A DNA stretch of 64,000 nt from Mytilus trossulus (taxonomy: Eukaryota): the NCBI RefSeq assembly GCF_036588685.1, contig NC_086385.1, forward strand, positions 47,577,216 through 47,641,215, written 5' to 3'. The position numbers and the translations under genes are program-made. Shown piece by piece: positions 27,636 through 40,618 of this stretch (the first letter of the stretch is position 1; every line of letters begins with the position of its first letter). Under the pieces are notes generated by a model that was given only the letters and a program-made list of their open reading frames with translations, ran no database searches and was not told where the DNA came from.

Positions 27636-28250
27636 TATCATTTTATTAAAAACTATTGTATTTGTTCATGTAAATGATTGCTACTGATATAACTAAATAT
27701 TTAACAATAGCAAAGAAGTTTAAAACTGTCGAATGTTTTTCACATCTCTCTAACCAGTGTATCGTTCTGTTCTCTTTGTATATTATTACTTTTACTTTAG
27801 TTTTTAGTTTTCATCGGTAAAGTATTATGTTAGTCAAAATTATTATGACGTAAACTTACGTACTTCAAAGCCCCTTTTACGAAAATCGCACCGTACGATT
27901 TTTTGATGACAAGTCAAAATGTTAAGTTTAATCTTTGAACTACCAATACTGTGAGTTATAGCCGTATAGTCTGAAAGACAATTAAACTCCTTAAATAAGC
28001 GACTTTTCCTGACTCGGTCACCGTACTATATCATTTTATTAAAAATCATTGATTTTTGTTCATGTAACTGTTTACCACTGATATCACGAATACGTTTTTA
28101 ACAATAACAAAGAAGTTTAAAACTGTCGAATGTTCTTCACATCTCTCTAACCAGTATATCGTTCTGTTCTCTTTGTATATTCGTATTGTTACTTTTACTT
28201 TAGTTTCCATTTTTCATGGATAAAGTATTGTGTAAGTCAAAATTACATTG
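27466..28250. repeat. Tandem duplication, unit about 395 bp, spanning the right end of the Academ-like element
   Basis: 27466-27850 aligns with 27860-28250 (cttcaaagccc..ttttacga...gtcaaaatta). Confidence 0.9.
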
Positions 28251-29002
28251 ACGTCGTCACAGCATTTATTTAAAGTAGCCTTTCAATACCGTCATAATCA
28301 TGATAATTTTTTGAACTAAAATGGTGAAAATACTTTTTGATATTTCGTTTTTTATCAATTTTGTTGTATGCATTTCAGGATTATATATACGTCACTGTTG
28401 AGTCCTGTGGTGTTGTGAATGGAAGATGTTCGTTGTTATTCTGTGTTACTATTCATTTATATTATTTATCTATGCATTGCTCATTGCTGAGTGTTCTTAT
28501 GTTATGTTGGACTGTATTTCTGTCACGTACTGTTGTCATTTAAGCGAAACAAATTAACATTGTCATATTAAAAGAGGGATGAAAGATACCAAAGGGACAG
28601 TCAAACTCATAAATGTAAAACAGACTGACAACGCCATGACTAAAAATGAAAAAGACAAAAAGACAAACAATAGCACACATGACACAACATAGAGAACTAA
28701 AGAATTAACAACACGAGCCCAATTAAAGGGATGTTTCGCTAGCCATTTTACCAGGTTCAACCCACTATTTGTTCTCAAAATGTCCTGTACATAGTCAGGT
28801 ATATTGCAATTGTTATCGAATAGACTGTTTCTATGTATATTTGTGTTTGTTTTTGATGCACTTCAGTGTTTCTGTTGTTCCATTGTTTTCCTTTTATAGC
28901 TGATTGGTTTCTTTCGTTTTTAGTTTGTATTGATTTGTTTTCCATCCATATATTTGTGATTGTTGAATATAGTTATCAAAAGTACCAGGATTACAATGTT
29001 AT

Positions 29003-29046
29003 ACGCCAGACGCGCGTTTCGTCTTCATAAGACTCATCAGTGACGC
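29003..29046 (-). ncRNA. Intact minimal type I hammerhead ribozyme motif (retrozyme-like family 1)
   Basis: Minus strand: gcgtca-CTGATGA-gtctt atg aagac-GAAA-c GCGC g-TC-tggcgt. 6-bp stem I, 5-bp stem II, palindromic GCGC loop on a minimal stem III, GUC cleavage triplet. Confidence 0.8.
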
Positions 29047-29139
29047 TCATATCAAAAAAGTTAAAAAGCCAAATAAATACAAAGTTGAAGAGCATTGATC
29101 TTTACTGTTTAGTCGACTTGTGGTTATATCGATTTTATG

Positions 29140-32100
29140 TAGCTTTTTCTTTGTTTGTTTTGTTATTTTACTTTTTTGGTGGGAACACATCCGGTTATTG
29201 TGTTATTGTGATATTGAAAGTAAATCTTTTTATTCTGGTCAATTTTTTGGCTAATGTGTGTTTTGTTCCCATTTGCGTCAAAATAGAATACTAGTATACT
29301 GTAACGTCATTTAAAAAAATGAATTTCCTCCTTCTTTATCTGGACTATGGACCGGCAGTTTGCACTGGAGTAGTTAAGTTATTTTCATTCATTGTATAGA
29401 AAATTTTAAAACATAAAACTATGTACTGCCGGACAATATAGATATACTATGAAAGGCTGAAATGTTCATTACAAACACGAACTGTCTGCGGCTGAGTTAT
29501 CCTTCTGCATATTTCTCATGCTTTTGAACGCAAAAATCTTTTTTCCTGACACATGTCTTTTTTAGACTGCTGCTGCTGCATGGGTAATTGGCAATGTTAT
29601 GTATGGTGTAGCTTGAAGATTCACTATATTTTTTGAAAATATAAACATTGAATACAATTGTTCCATTATTGGTTCGTTTTGCGGTAGAAGGTTACAAAGC
29701 ACTGTCATCAAATATATTTTAACTTTTAAAATGTATGATAAATATTTGTACAAGTAAATTTGTGCAAATGAGTGCTACATATTGAGATAAAATATATTTG
29801 ACGAAAATGATAACATTGATTAACAGTTATTTGCGCAAAAATTGGCAGCTGAAGACGTTTTTTAACAATTTTACCCAATATGTCTTTGTTTTGTTCACAG
29901 ATATTTTTCAATATAATTAAACTTTATGTGACTGTCAAACAAATGAGAGGTTTCTCTATATATTAAACCAGGTTTCATTCCATAAGCAAATACCTACATC
30001 TTGTCAGATTTATGACAAGTTATTATCCATTCGTTTGGGCTTTCAAAATCTGAGCCACCTATATCGATATTTTGACTAATTAATTTAGCATTAGTTACAC
30101 CTAGGGTTTATTCGGGGGATAGGTTAAGACAATGAAACAAAAACTGCGTGAAACTTTGAGGAATATAGTCAAGGATGAGAAATTGACGTTCGATTGGCTT
30201 TGCGATAGAGATTCTACAGCTAAAGCTAAACGTTGAAACCAAATCACTGCATCTTCGAGATTATTAAGTAACAGTTTAAAGCAATTTTTGGCAACACAAT
30301 CCCTGTCTATCCTATGTGGTTCGTGTTGCTTATTCTGTAGTGATCTATGTTGTGTCTAGTGTACTATTGGTTGTCTGTTTGACTTTGCATTAGCTTTGGC
30401 ATTGTCAGTTTGTTTTCGAACTATGAGTTGCACTATCCTCCTGGTATCTTTCGCCTCTCTTTTATAACCTGAAGCAAACAATAGCAAAATACTTTTTTTT
30501 GTTTCTATTATCACTATGAACTCAATGACTGTTCTAGTTCACGCCATGAGTTTCGTCCCCTAAAAATAATGACTAGCTTTGATTGACAAAAATTGTATGT
30601 TTCATTTATATTGAGCATTTATTCAGAAAGTCTTCAGGAAATTGCGGATATTTTTAGCATTCAGAACTTTTGGAAAGAGCAAAAGAGAAGAACAATGAAA
30701 CAATTCAGAGTGGCCCTATGAGCTCTTAAAACTTGCTGTTATTTTTAAAACACAGTAGTAAGAACCAATATAAGAAAAATAAGACGGATTGCTGTTAATC
30801 TGTTAATTTTCTTTTTCAAATTATGAATGGGAGGATCATGGTAATTTTACAGCCTTAACCGATCTTAACAGGAATCAGTTTACACGGTACAGTGAAATTG
30901 AATAACGATGCATAAATTGTTAACCTTTTAAGCGGATTTTGTATATTTTAACAGGTATTGTCACCTGATACACATGTGAGCTATTTCATCAAGTGAAACG
31001 TGAATACTAAATTGTCTTTTATTTAGTTGGTGTTTTCCTGATATAAGATATTTGACTTCTGTATGTATCTACACCATTCGGTTTTTTTCTGGTTTCCCCT
31101 TCACTATAAATCTTTGAGGTTCATGACCGAAAAAGTCAGAAGATTTGGTAAACTGTAAACAACAGTGTTATTTGGCATAAAACAAAAATTTAATGTAACT
31201 AATTCTTATTTTGTAGTTTGAGTTGCAAAATTGATTTTTTGTTTCGTAAATTAAAGCATAACTAGATATTGAAAACTTTATAATCTCTTAATTATTGTAG
31301 CTAGTTTTTTTGTTTGTTTTCTTGTTTTACTTTTTTCGATTCGAACACATCCAGTTATTGTGTTATTGTGCTATATTGAAAGTAAATCTTTTTATTCTGG
31401 TCAATTTTTTTGGCTAATGTGTGTTTTGTTCCCATTTGCGTCAAAATAGAATACTAGTATATGGTTACGTCATTTAAACAAAATGAATTTCTTCCTTCTT
31501 TATCTGGGCTATGGACCGGCAGTATACACTTGAGGAGTTTAAGTTATTTTAAGTCATTTAATAGCAAACTTTAAAACATAAAACTATGTACAGCTGGACA
31601 ATATACATGATATAGATATTATATTAAAGGTTGAAATTTGGTACTCATTACAAACACGCACTCTCTGTGGCTGAGTTCTCCTTCTGCATATTTCTCATGC
31701 TTTTGAAGGCAAAATTTCTTTTTCTAAAAAAAAATGTCTTTTATTTTCACTGCTGCTGCATGAGTAGTTGGCAATTTAATGTATTTTGTAGCTTGAAGAT
31801 TCTCTTTATTTTTCCAAAAGCATAAACAAAGAATACTTCTGTTCCATTATTGGTTCGTCTTGCAGAACATGGGAATAAAACACTGTCATTAAATATATAA
31901 ATAAGTAAAATGTTGCAAATGAGTGCTACATGTTGGTGCAATTAATACATTTGATATAATATATTTGACGCAAATGATACCCCTTTAAAACAGTTATTGG
32001 CGCAAAAATTACCTATGCCGTCTATATGCCTTTTTGTTTATCTTTGTTGACATATTTGTGTGTTTTTACTGTGATTAAAAGTTGACTGCTGTACATGTCT

Positions 32101-33936
32101 TTTGACAATTTTACCAATTATGTCTTTGTTTTGTTCACGCATATTTTTCAATATAATTAATAAACTGTATGTGACTGTCAAACACGTAAGAGGTTTCGCC
32201 AGATATAAAACCAGGTTTGATCCAATAAGAAAATGCCTACACCTAGTCCGATTTATGACAAGTTATTATCCATTCGTTTAAGCTTTGATAATCTGAGCCA
32301 CCTATAACGAATTAATTTAGCATTAGTTCAATCTAGGGTTTAGTCGTGGGATAGTTAAGGACAATGAAACAAAAGTTGTGTGGAACTTCGAGGACTATAG
32401 TAAAGAAAGTGATATTGACTCTGAAATGAGTTTCGAACGGCTTTGTTATAAAGTTTCTACAGCTAAAATTAAACTTCGAAACCAAATCATTGCATCTTTG
32501 AGATTATTTAGTAACGGTTTTAAGCAATTTTTGGCAACAAAATTCATATTTATCCCGTGGGGATCGTGTTGCTTATTCTTTGGATTTCTATGTTGTGTCT
32601 AGTGTACTATTGGTAGTCTGTTTGTCTTTGTTTTAGCCTTGGCATAGTCAATTTATTTTCTATGAGTTTGACTATCCCTCCGTTATCTTTCGGCCCTTTT
32701 TTTTATCACCTGAGGCAGATTATAGCAGAATATGTTTTTCATCCGATTAATCACTATGAACCCAATGAAAGTTTTGATTTCGCGTCATAACTTTCGTCCC
32801 CTAAAAATAATTACTCTTTTTTTTTTTTTACAACAAATAAATATTCTTTATTCATCAAATTGCTTGTTACAACTTTACTTCATTGTCCAAGCTTCAATAA
32901 AGTATCCCTGTGAAATACTTTCTGAGTATCCAGGAAAATACACAGAATATAAATAAAGATAAACATTATTTGTTTTCCATCAATTATATCAATCTTTTTA
33001 ACTTTATGAAAAATACATTATGAGATATTGTTTTGTTCTCATTCATAAACCTTCGTAGTTCCTTTATAAACATAGCATACACATCTAAAAATTTCAGTTT
33101 TTGTTCTGACACATAGTACGACTTGTAAATACAAAAACCTAAAATTGTCAAGAAATAATTTAAACCGTTATATCCTTGATCTGATATTTTGTATCCCAAA
33201 AAATAATTACTCACTCTTATTGTCAAAAATAGTATATTTCATTTATATTGAGCATTCATTCAGAAAGTCTTCAGGAAATTGCGGATATTTTTAGCATTCA
33301 ATACTTTTGGAAAGATAAAAAAAAGAAGAACAATGAAACAATTCAGAGTGGCCCTATGAGCCCTTCAACAATTGTTGTTAATTTTAACAGACAGTAGTTA
33401 GAACCAATATTAGAAAAATAAGACGGATTGCTGTTAGTCTGTTTATTTTCTCTTTCAAATTATGAATTGAAGAATCATGATAATTCTACAGCCTAAACCG
33501 ATTTAAACAGGAATCAGTTCACACGGTACAGTGACATTGCATACCGATACATTAATTATTAACATTTTAAGCGGAGTTTGTATATTCTAACACGTGTTTC
33601 CACCTGATACACATCTGAGCTATTTCATCAAGTGAAGTGTGAATACTAAATTGTCTTTTATTTAGATGGGGTTTTCCGGAAGTAAGATATTTGACTTCTG
33701 TATGTATCTACACCATTGTTTTTTTTCTGGTTTTCCCTACACAATAAATCTTTGAGGTTCATGACCGAAAAAGTCAGAAGATTTGGTAAACTGTAAACAA
33801 CAGTGTTTTTTGGTATAAAACAAAAATTTAATGTAACTTATTCTTATTTTGTAGTTTGAGTTGCAAAATTAATTTTTGTTTCGTAAATTAAAGCATAACT
33901 AGATATTAAAATCTTTATAATCTCTTAATTATTGTG
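29140..33936. repeat. Tandem segmental duplication (unit 1 about 29140-31297, unit 2 about 31298-33936)
   Basis: Collinear similarity from gaacacatcc(g/a)gttattgtg to ctcttaattattgt. Unit 2 carries an extra LINE insertion. Confidence 0.9.
32817..33198 (-). mobile_element. 5'-truncated L1/Tx1-like LINE 3' end with poly(A) and a 14-bp TSD
   Basis: TSD aaaaataattactc at 32803-32816 and 33199-33212. Poly(T) on the + strand at 32817-32829, with AATAAA on the minus strand. Absent from the duplicate unit at about 30570. Encodes GYK..NYFLTILGFCIYKSY. Confidence 0.8.
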
Positions 33937-35670
33937 AGAGGAGTGGTGCATATAATTGTTTTTATTACGCATGAAAAGTCATATTTTGCACGATAATTAG
34001 AAAACTACACATTAATAGAAATTTGAGATAAAGTATAAAAGATAGCTCTTATACATGCTATACGCTAACAGATAAGAAAAGGAAAAACATGTGTTCACCA
34101 GGCTGTTTTTTTATGCTTCATAATAACATAATTATGTGAATTCAAAACACATTCTAGGATGAAAATTACTTTATCTGAGCTATCGTCCCTTTTAGCTAAG
34201 TAATCTTCCCTTATGTATAAAAAATAAATAAATGAATCAACCTTAAATAACTATAATTGTTGTTTGGAATAATACAGTCGTAAATATGACGAAACAAAAA
34301 ATGTTCTTCAATAACATGCGCTCATCCATGCATAGCCTCTGTTTTAAGATAAGTTAGATGAATTTAATTGAATGAGGTATTGTAAATATTTTTCAAAGAA
34401 AAGGGTATTCATATAATATGTAATTGTGATGGCAATTATGTATTTAAAACGTTCTTGTTAAATCTTATCTTGTACATGGTGAATTGAAGCAATGATAATG
34501 TCGGACGGAAATGCACCACCTTTATCAATATTTTCATAAATTACCAAATTTTGGTTTTACCTAACTGTTATAAAATTAAGGGTAAAGCCCGTTGAAATGA
34601 AGTGGGAGTTGCTTTATCTTAAAGTTTTTAAACATACAGCCAAATGCCTACGCCAAATCATTGAATATATGACATATTTTGGTAAATGTTTGAGGTGATT
34701 TATGATCACGACATTGCTGTTAATTTATAACTTAAATATCAATTACGTTTATGGAAACTAAATAAGACACATGCCTAGCAAACCAATTGAGAAATTTTCC
34801 CACTGTAAGAAAAGTATGAAGGACATCATAGTCCACAAAGTTTGAAACAAATATCAAAAATTAGAAACACACAACTTTTTTAAAAAAATCTGGAATTTCC
34901 CTATCGTTAGCGTTCTGCGTATTTACACAATCCTGGATTTTAGCATTCCTGAAGAAGGTAATTCCATAAAAATTCTACAGGACACTATTAACTTGAATGC
35001 AGTGTAATTATATTCTCGCAACAAGAACTTTCATTCGTGGAATGTTTTGACTGTAGCTTGAAATAGAATGACGAAATATGTACTTTTAACTGTAAGACGC
35101 CTTTCATGTAGACGCACCTAATTGCACTTCCTTAGGAGGTTATGCGAGTATCTGGCGTTTGATTTTCTTCCTGTGTTTAACAACAGATTAACAAATTAAA
35201 ACACCAGTTAACTACTCATACAAATAGGAAATAGTCCTGTTGTTGCTTATATAATCTATTGGTTGTTATATTTTATGTGTTGATGGAGGTACTCGTTTAA
35301 ACATAACTTAGAATTGTCTTGACCTAACGGGGTTTTGAGTAAGGGCTATGTATAGAAATTACTATTTTTCTATTTTTGATTTACCTGCGATATTGCTTCG
35401 GTTTTTTTTTTTGTTTGACACCAATAACGTGTTTAATCAACTATTTTACTTCCTTTTTTATTTTGGAGTTATCGATCTGGATAAATATGAATAGTATAAT
35501 GTAACCGTGTAAGTGTTAATTGAAATCAGACGAGAGTGCGATTAAAAAAAAACTCTGGTCGTGCTAACGCCTCCAAAATGATTGGACGAACGTGGTCAAA
35601 ATTGTAGATAAATTACTATTTAAACTAACAAAAGAATTATACATTTTATCAAACCTCGAACTGATCTGAT

Positions 35671-35779
35671 ATGAAGCAATCTGTTTGTGTAATATTCTAC
35701 TTGATTGTGCTTTCTTTAACATATGTACATTGCCAAAGTAGATTTTTTGATGTTTTAGTTGAAATAGACGATACTAAAG
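35671..35779 (+). CDS. Secreted prepropeptide A2, exon 1
   Basis: MKQSVCVIFYLIVLSLTYVHC-QSRFFDVLVEIDDTK followed by a phase-1 donor G|GTAAGG. Same length as A1 exon 1; similarity to A1 fades just after the donor. Confidence 0.88.
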
Positions 35780-36792
35780 GTAAGGTTATTTCTATGAACA
35801 CTATGTTTCTCTTTACTTTAAACAACAGAGCCACCATTGGTAAAGGTGTAAAGAAGAACATTTAAGAAATTGTATCGTCACATATTTAGTGTGAACATTT
35901 TCTTATCTATCTTATAAATACAAATTTGTAAATATGTTTATGTTATTACTTCAGCAAGGAATCTTTTTGAAAGAAAAACAAATTGAGTTTAACTATTATA
36001 GAACATTATGAAGAACGTCAAGTGAGTAAAATATATGTTGACAAAACGCATCTGTCTATTAAGTTGATCTGCAAAAAGTTTTCACTAAAATTGACGTCTT
36101 CGGACATGGTTACCCTTTAAACATAGTTAATCAAATTAATAAATAGACGAAAAGATGGCGTATAGACTGAAAATACTAACACAAATTTGAATAAATTCAA
36201 AATTATAATATCAAAATTGGAGAGTGAGCTTGCTTATTTAAACAACTTGCAAACACCTCTAAAATATATATTTCTTGCATTCAACATGTTAAGACTCAAC
36301 AGAGAAATTGTCAGCATGAAGAGCATAGTTTCTGATGTATTAAATGATACAATTACATGTGTTCATTGTTCATAAAGATTTTGATCATACTTTTTTTTAA
36401 CAAATTATCGAATCAAGAACGGAAAATCAGATCGAGCGTAATATATTTATCTTTACTTTTTTACTATTATTTTAAATGTTATATTTTAAGCTAGGATATT
36501 GACTTGATCACTATAATCATGCATAATAATTTCAATTGAATTATTGTGTAATTATCCTACAGAGTATATCGGAGTAACGTATTTATTTTCACAATATTCA
36601 AAACTGGATTGGCATATTCTAAAAATACAAACTGGGATACCGACATAAATTAGGCCGTTAGTTTTCTCGTTTGCATTGTTTTACATTGACATTTCGGAGC
36701 CTTTTATATCTGATTAGGTTGAAATATTTTTGAAATGCAAGCTAAGAAATCGACTTAATTACTATAACCATGTATATCAATTTCAATTATAG

Positions 36793-36917
36793 GTGATACA
36801 AGTTATATTTCCATTGACAAGAGAAATGCTGGTTTTAGATGTCCAGTAGGATTATCTCCCAGAGAATGTTATAATCAATTAATGACAGTATGGATCAGGC
36901 GTCTGATAAAAACGTGA
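36793..36917 (+). CDS. Secreted prepropeptide A2, exon 2; precursor 77 aa
   Basis: Acceptor tttcaattatag. Reads (G)DTSYISIDKR-NAGFRCPVGLSPRECYNQLMTVWIRRLIKT*. ATTAAA at 37031. 3'UTR conserved with A1. Confidence 0.88.
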
Positions 36918-39086
36918 CCTGAACTGGAATTTTCATTATAAACGTTAAAATGTCCTGTATACTGTTACAGAATACATGAACCGTGAATTTCGCATCTATG
37001 CATTCATTACAGTATTGTTATTAATATGCCATTAAAAAAACCATTACAGTTTAGTTATTGTTTTTAAGTTATTGAGTATCGTAACCTTGTAAGATTATTT
37101 CAGTATAAGGTTTTATAAGTTTATTCCATTTGAATGATATGATCTGCAATGTATTGAGATAATAGAAATTGACTGCTTGATTGACATTTTCCATAAATAA
37201 CAAAAGACACAAGGACAACAAAAACACTTTCATGATATATTATATTGTAGACTGACTAAAAAGTCAAAACACAAAAATACTGAACTCCGAGGAAAACTCA
37301 AAAAGGAAAGTCCAAAATCAAAAGGCAAAATCAAAAGTCCAAACGCATCAAACGAATGGATAACAACTGTTCATAGAATAGCATAGAAGTATAATCTTTT
37401 AAGAACCAGTCAAATGACATAGATAATTGGTGTTTGTTTCACTTTATGTATAAGTTGTATAGTTTTAATTAACGCTTTGATCTAATAGAACATAGATTGG
37501 AAAAGGAGAATTTGTCAAAAAGACAACATCCCCACCAAACAGCAACCTGACATGCAATTAGTTACAAACATTAAATAGTCTGTATAGTTTTTCAGTCTTT
37601 TGGCATCTATGGATTTAGTACATTGTCGATCTGATAATTATTTAGTTTATTGAAATATTGATATGCTCGTATGACCTTTATTTTCGTGTTTTAGAATATA
37701 AGGACATTTAATTTGTACAACGTGTATGTGTTTGGAATACATCAAAGGACATTGCACAATTAGAATATTTTGTATCCCGATATGATCTAAACATGTCTCT
37801 CTAATTTTCATTTTGTTTTCCAAATTTATCTATCGGTATGGGAATAATAATCCCTTCTCTACAAAAAAGTCGCCAAATGATTGGACATAATTCAATTTTG
37901 ACATAACATTTGCTTGGGTTTCTTCTGAATTTTCTATTGTAAAACACTTGGTGCAATATTCATATTACGACTTATGCCTCTGGATCAGTGTGTCAGGATA
38001 ATAAAAATCTGTATCATTATATCATATATATATAGTGATATTAAAAGTGGAGAGTAGTAATCTGTAGATTATTATATGTGTTTTTTACATAACAGATTTA
38101 TATCAAGTTTATGTCCTTCTTTTCCTTCTTCAAATTATCATTTATTGATCATATTAAAGAATTGGCTTATCTTCCAACAAAATTGCACGAATAGAATTTG
38201 ACGTACTTTCAGAGCCACTTAAATAATCCTGGTACCTTTGGTAACTATTTGGTCCTTTACAAATACAGTAAGATTTTATATATTGAATTATTTTCTATTT
38301 ATTTAAATTTTACACGACCTTAGATTACGGGTTAAATTTCAACATACGTCCATATTTCGCACTAAAGTTTGACACCAGTGATGTGGAAAAAAAATCACAT
38401 TAGTCATGATATAATATTGTTATGTATAATACACAATATTACAAATATTAAGAATAAAATAGAATAACATAATTACTGAAAATCTTAAATTCCCGTTTAA
38501 GATGATAAAATCAAAGACTCAAACACATCACATGACTGAAAAACAGCTGCTATAATCCTGACTTGGTAAAGGCATTTCCTCATGTAGAAAATGGGAGAAT
38601 AACTTGGTTTTATTGCTAGCTAAATATCTCACTTGTTTAATGGGATCCGGTTTATTGATAACAATATGTGAGCAATTTTGGTAGATTTGTGATCCTCAAA
38701 CTCTTTGCCTTCTTTTTGTGTTTTAACTTTTTAGGTGCTCGAATTAAACTGAAATTTTAGTTGACGAAACATGTGTCTTTCGAACTTAACTTCAATCTTG
38801 GTTTCTATGATGAATTTATTTATCCTTCTTGTCTAGGACTTCTATATAAGGTATGGCATTTTCTCAATGCAAAGAAAAACAAAATCACAAACATTAAGTT
38901 GAACGGAATAATTTTAACGGCAATTGCAACATATCCGAGGTCATAATAAAAAAAAATCTGTTATAGCTTTCAGCAAAATTATAGCAACGTTACTGAACAT
39001 TTTAAGCGATTTCGTTAAATTAACAAAAGATTCATTTAGTTAAATGCATTCCCTTTCAGCAGCCACGCTTATTTTAACGTTATAAA

Positions 39087-39715
39087 TGTGAACTTTCAAT
39101 TTCTATGTGTCGATATTCCAACAGCGCCTGTCTATATAATATATATCTACCCATTGACATTTCGGGCCTCTGTTTCTAATCATGTTGTCCCTGATAGAAG
39201 TTTGCTGCCCACAAGGAAGCTATTAAACAAAGACTTCCATGTGAAGAAGTTGAAAACATCCTTTCGTTCATTTAAATAAACTAATCATAGATACCAGGGT
39301 TAAATTTTGTAATTACGCATAACGCGGGTTTCATTTACAAAAGACTCACCGGTGACGCTCGAATCGAATTTAAACGACACCATCCCAAGTTTCACAATTG
39401 AAAATAAATACTATCCAATTGTCAAAACTACAATACTATCACCTTTACCCCGACTGTGACTGATCGATTAAGAATAATCCGGGTAATTACAAATATTATC
39501 AATACGGTGGTTGCCATATGTGGGCCAGGATCTGCTTACCCTTCCAGAACACCTGCGATAATCCCTAATATTTTATGGTGGTTTTGCTGCTTAGTCTTTA
39601 TTTCTTTATGTTTTGCTTTTTGTACGGTTATTTGTTATTTTTATAACCATTGCCGTCGTCAGTTTAATCTAGATTTATGAGTTTGAATGACAAGTCGTCA
39701 TCTTGTGCCACTCTT
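39087..39715 (+). mobile_element. Degenerate Penelope-like element fragment with an embedded retrozyme-like fragment (about 39270-39365)
   Basis: NFQFLCVDIPTAPVY..TRKLLNKDF..KLKTSFR matches the 16146-16808 RT tail. The PLE 3' region continues at 39380-39715. A degenerate minus-strand hammerhead lies at about 39314-39358. Confidence 0.65.
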
Positions 39716-40400
39716 AGTCATCAAATAACCCTTAATTTCATGTGTAATTTTTAAAAGTATACTTTTCTGTAATGTTAATATCTGGTTTGAGACTAGTCAC
39801 ATAAATTTGTTCAACAAACTATAAATTTGCTAGTGAGAGAACATCATTGGTATAGCGGAACGTAAAATTTAAGAATAATGCTATTGTCATTTGTAAAGAG
39901 AGAAGATCATGTGTGACATATTGTCATTATTGTAATCTATTCTATTTTCTCTATTGTGACCTTTAAAACTGATTACTAGATTTATAATTGCATGAGCAAC
40001 ATGAACATGCAACCGATATTCAAATATCACAAATGACAAAAACACAGACTGGTAGTCAAAACTACAACGATATCGACCAGGTGGGAGTAAGAATCATGAT
40101 TTCTGCATGCGCAAAAAGTTTTTTAATTTTAAGAAATTAATGTCAACCCACCGATAATATAAATTGATTCTCCTATTATATCGTCTTCCTTCAATTAAAG
40201 TAAGGGAAATAGAACCTCACGAACAGTAATTTAATCAAAGGATTTGACAAAAACCAATATCACTTTGTCGATGTGGGGTGTAAAATTAGAAAAGACGTGT
40301 ATATACTATTAAAACTACGATTAACGTAATTTCATTCTTATTCTAGATCAAGTTGGTTCAAACACCAATTGGTTATTTACTTGTTATCTGTCTACCGAAC

Positions 40401-40618
40401 ATGAAGGTTCTTTTATGTGCTCTCTTCTTTATTTTGTGCCATGGGCTTCAAGCGAAACATGAAGGTTTCCTCATTTAATGGTAAAGAAAGGATGGGGATT
40501 TCAAGCATCAATACCTTGTCTTTATCATGGAAAATTGTACTTTATTCCCGTCAAATTTACACGTTTCTGCTTCAGACATCCTAACTGTGAATGTAATGTG
40601 AACAGACTCGGTATATGA
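40401..40618 (+). pseudogene. Secreted peptide family B, copy B1 (4-Cys type), 1-nt frameshift
   Basis: As written: MKVLLCALFFILCHGLQAKHEGFLI*. Restoring one base in the T run at 40466-40468 gives a 72-aa precursor ending ...PHLMVKK-GWGFQASIPCLYHGKLYFIPVKFTRFCFRHPNCECNVNRLGI*, collinear with B2. Confidence 0.8.

Noticed and set aside
31747-31941. Minus-strand ORF with a hydrophobic start and RR/KR sites, resembling a prepropeptide
   Set aside because: It has a non-ATG start, and the tandem-duplicate copy (about 29560-29790) has stops and indels in this frame, with no clear homology to families A or B.
35780-35865. C-terminal part of ORF 35671-35865 (KVISMNTMFLF...)
   Set aside because: Intron read-through. 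Homology to A1 fades just after the GT donor and resumes at exon 2.
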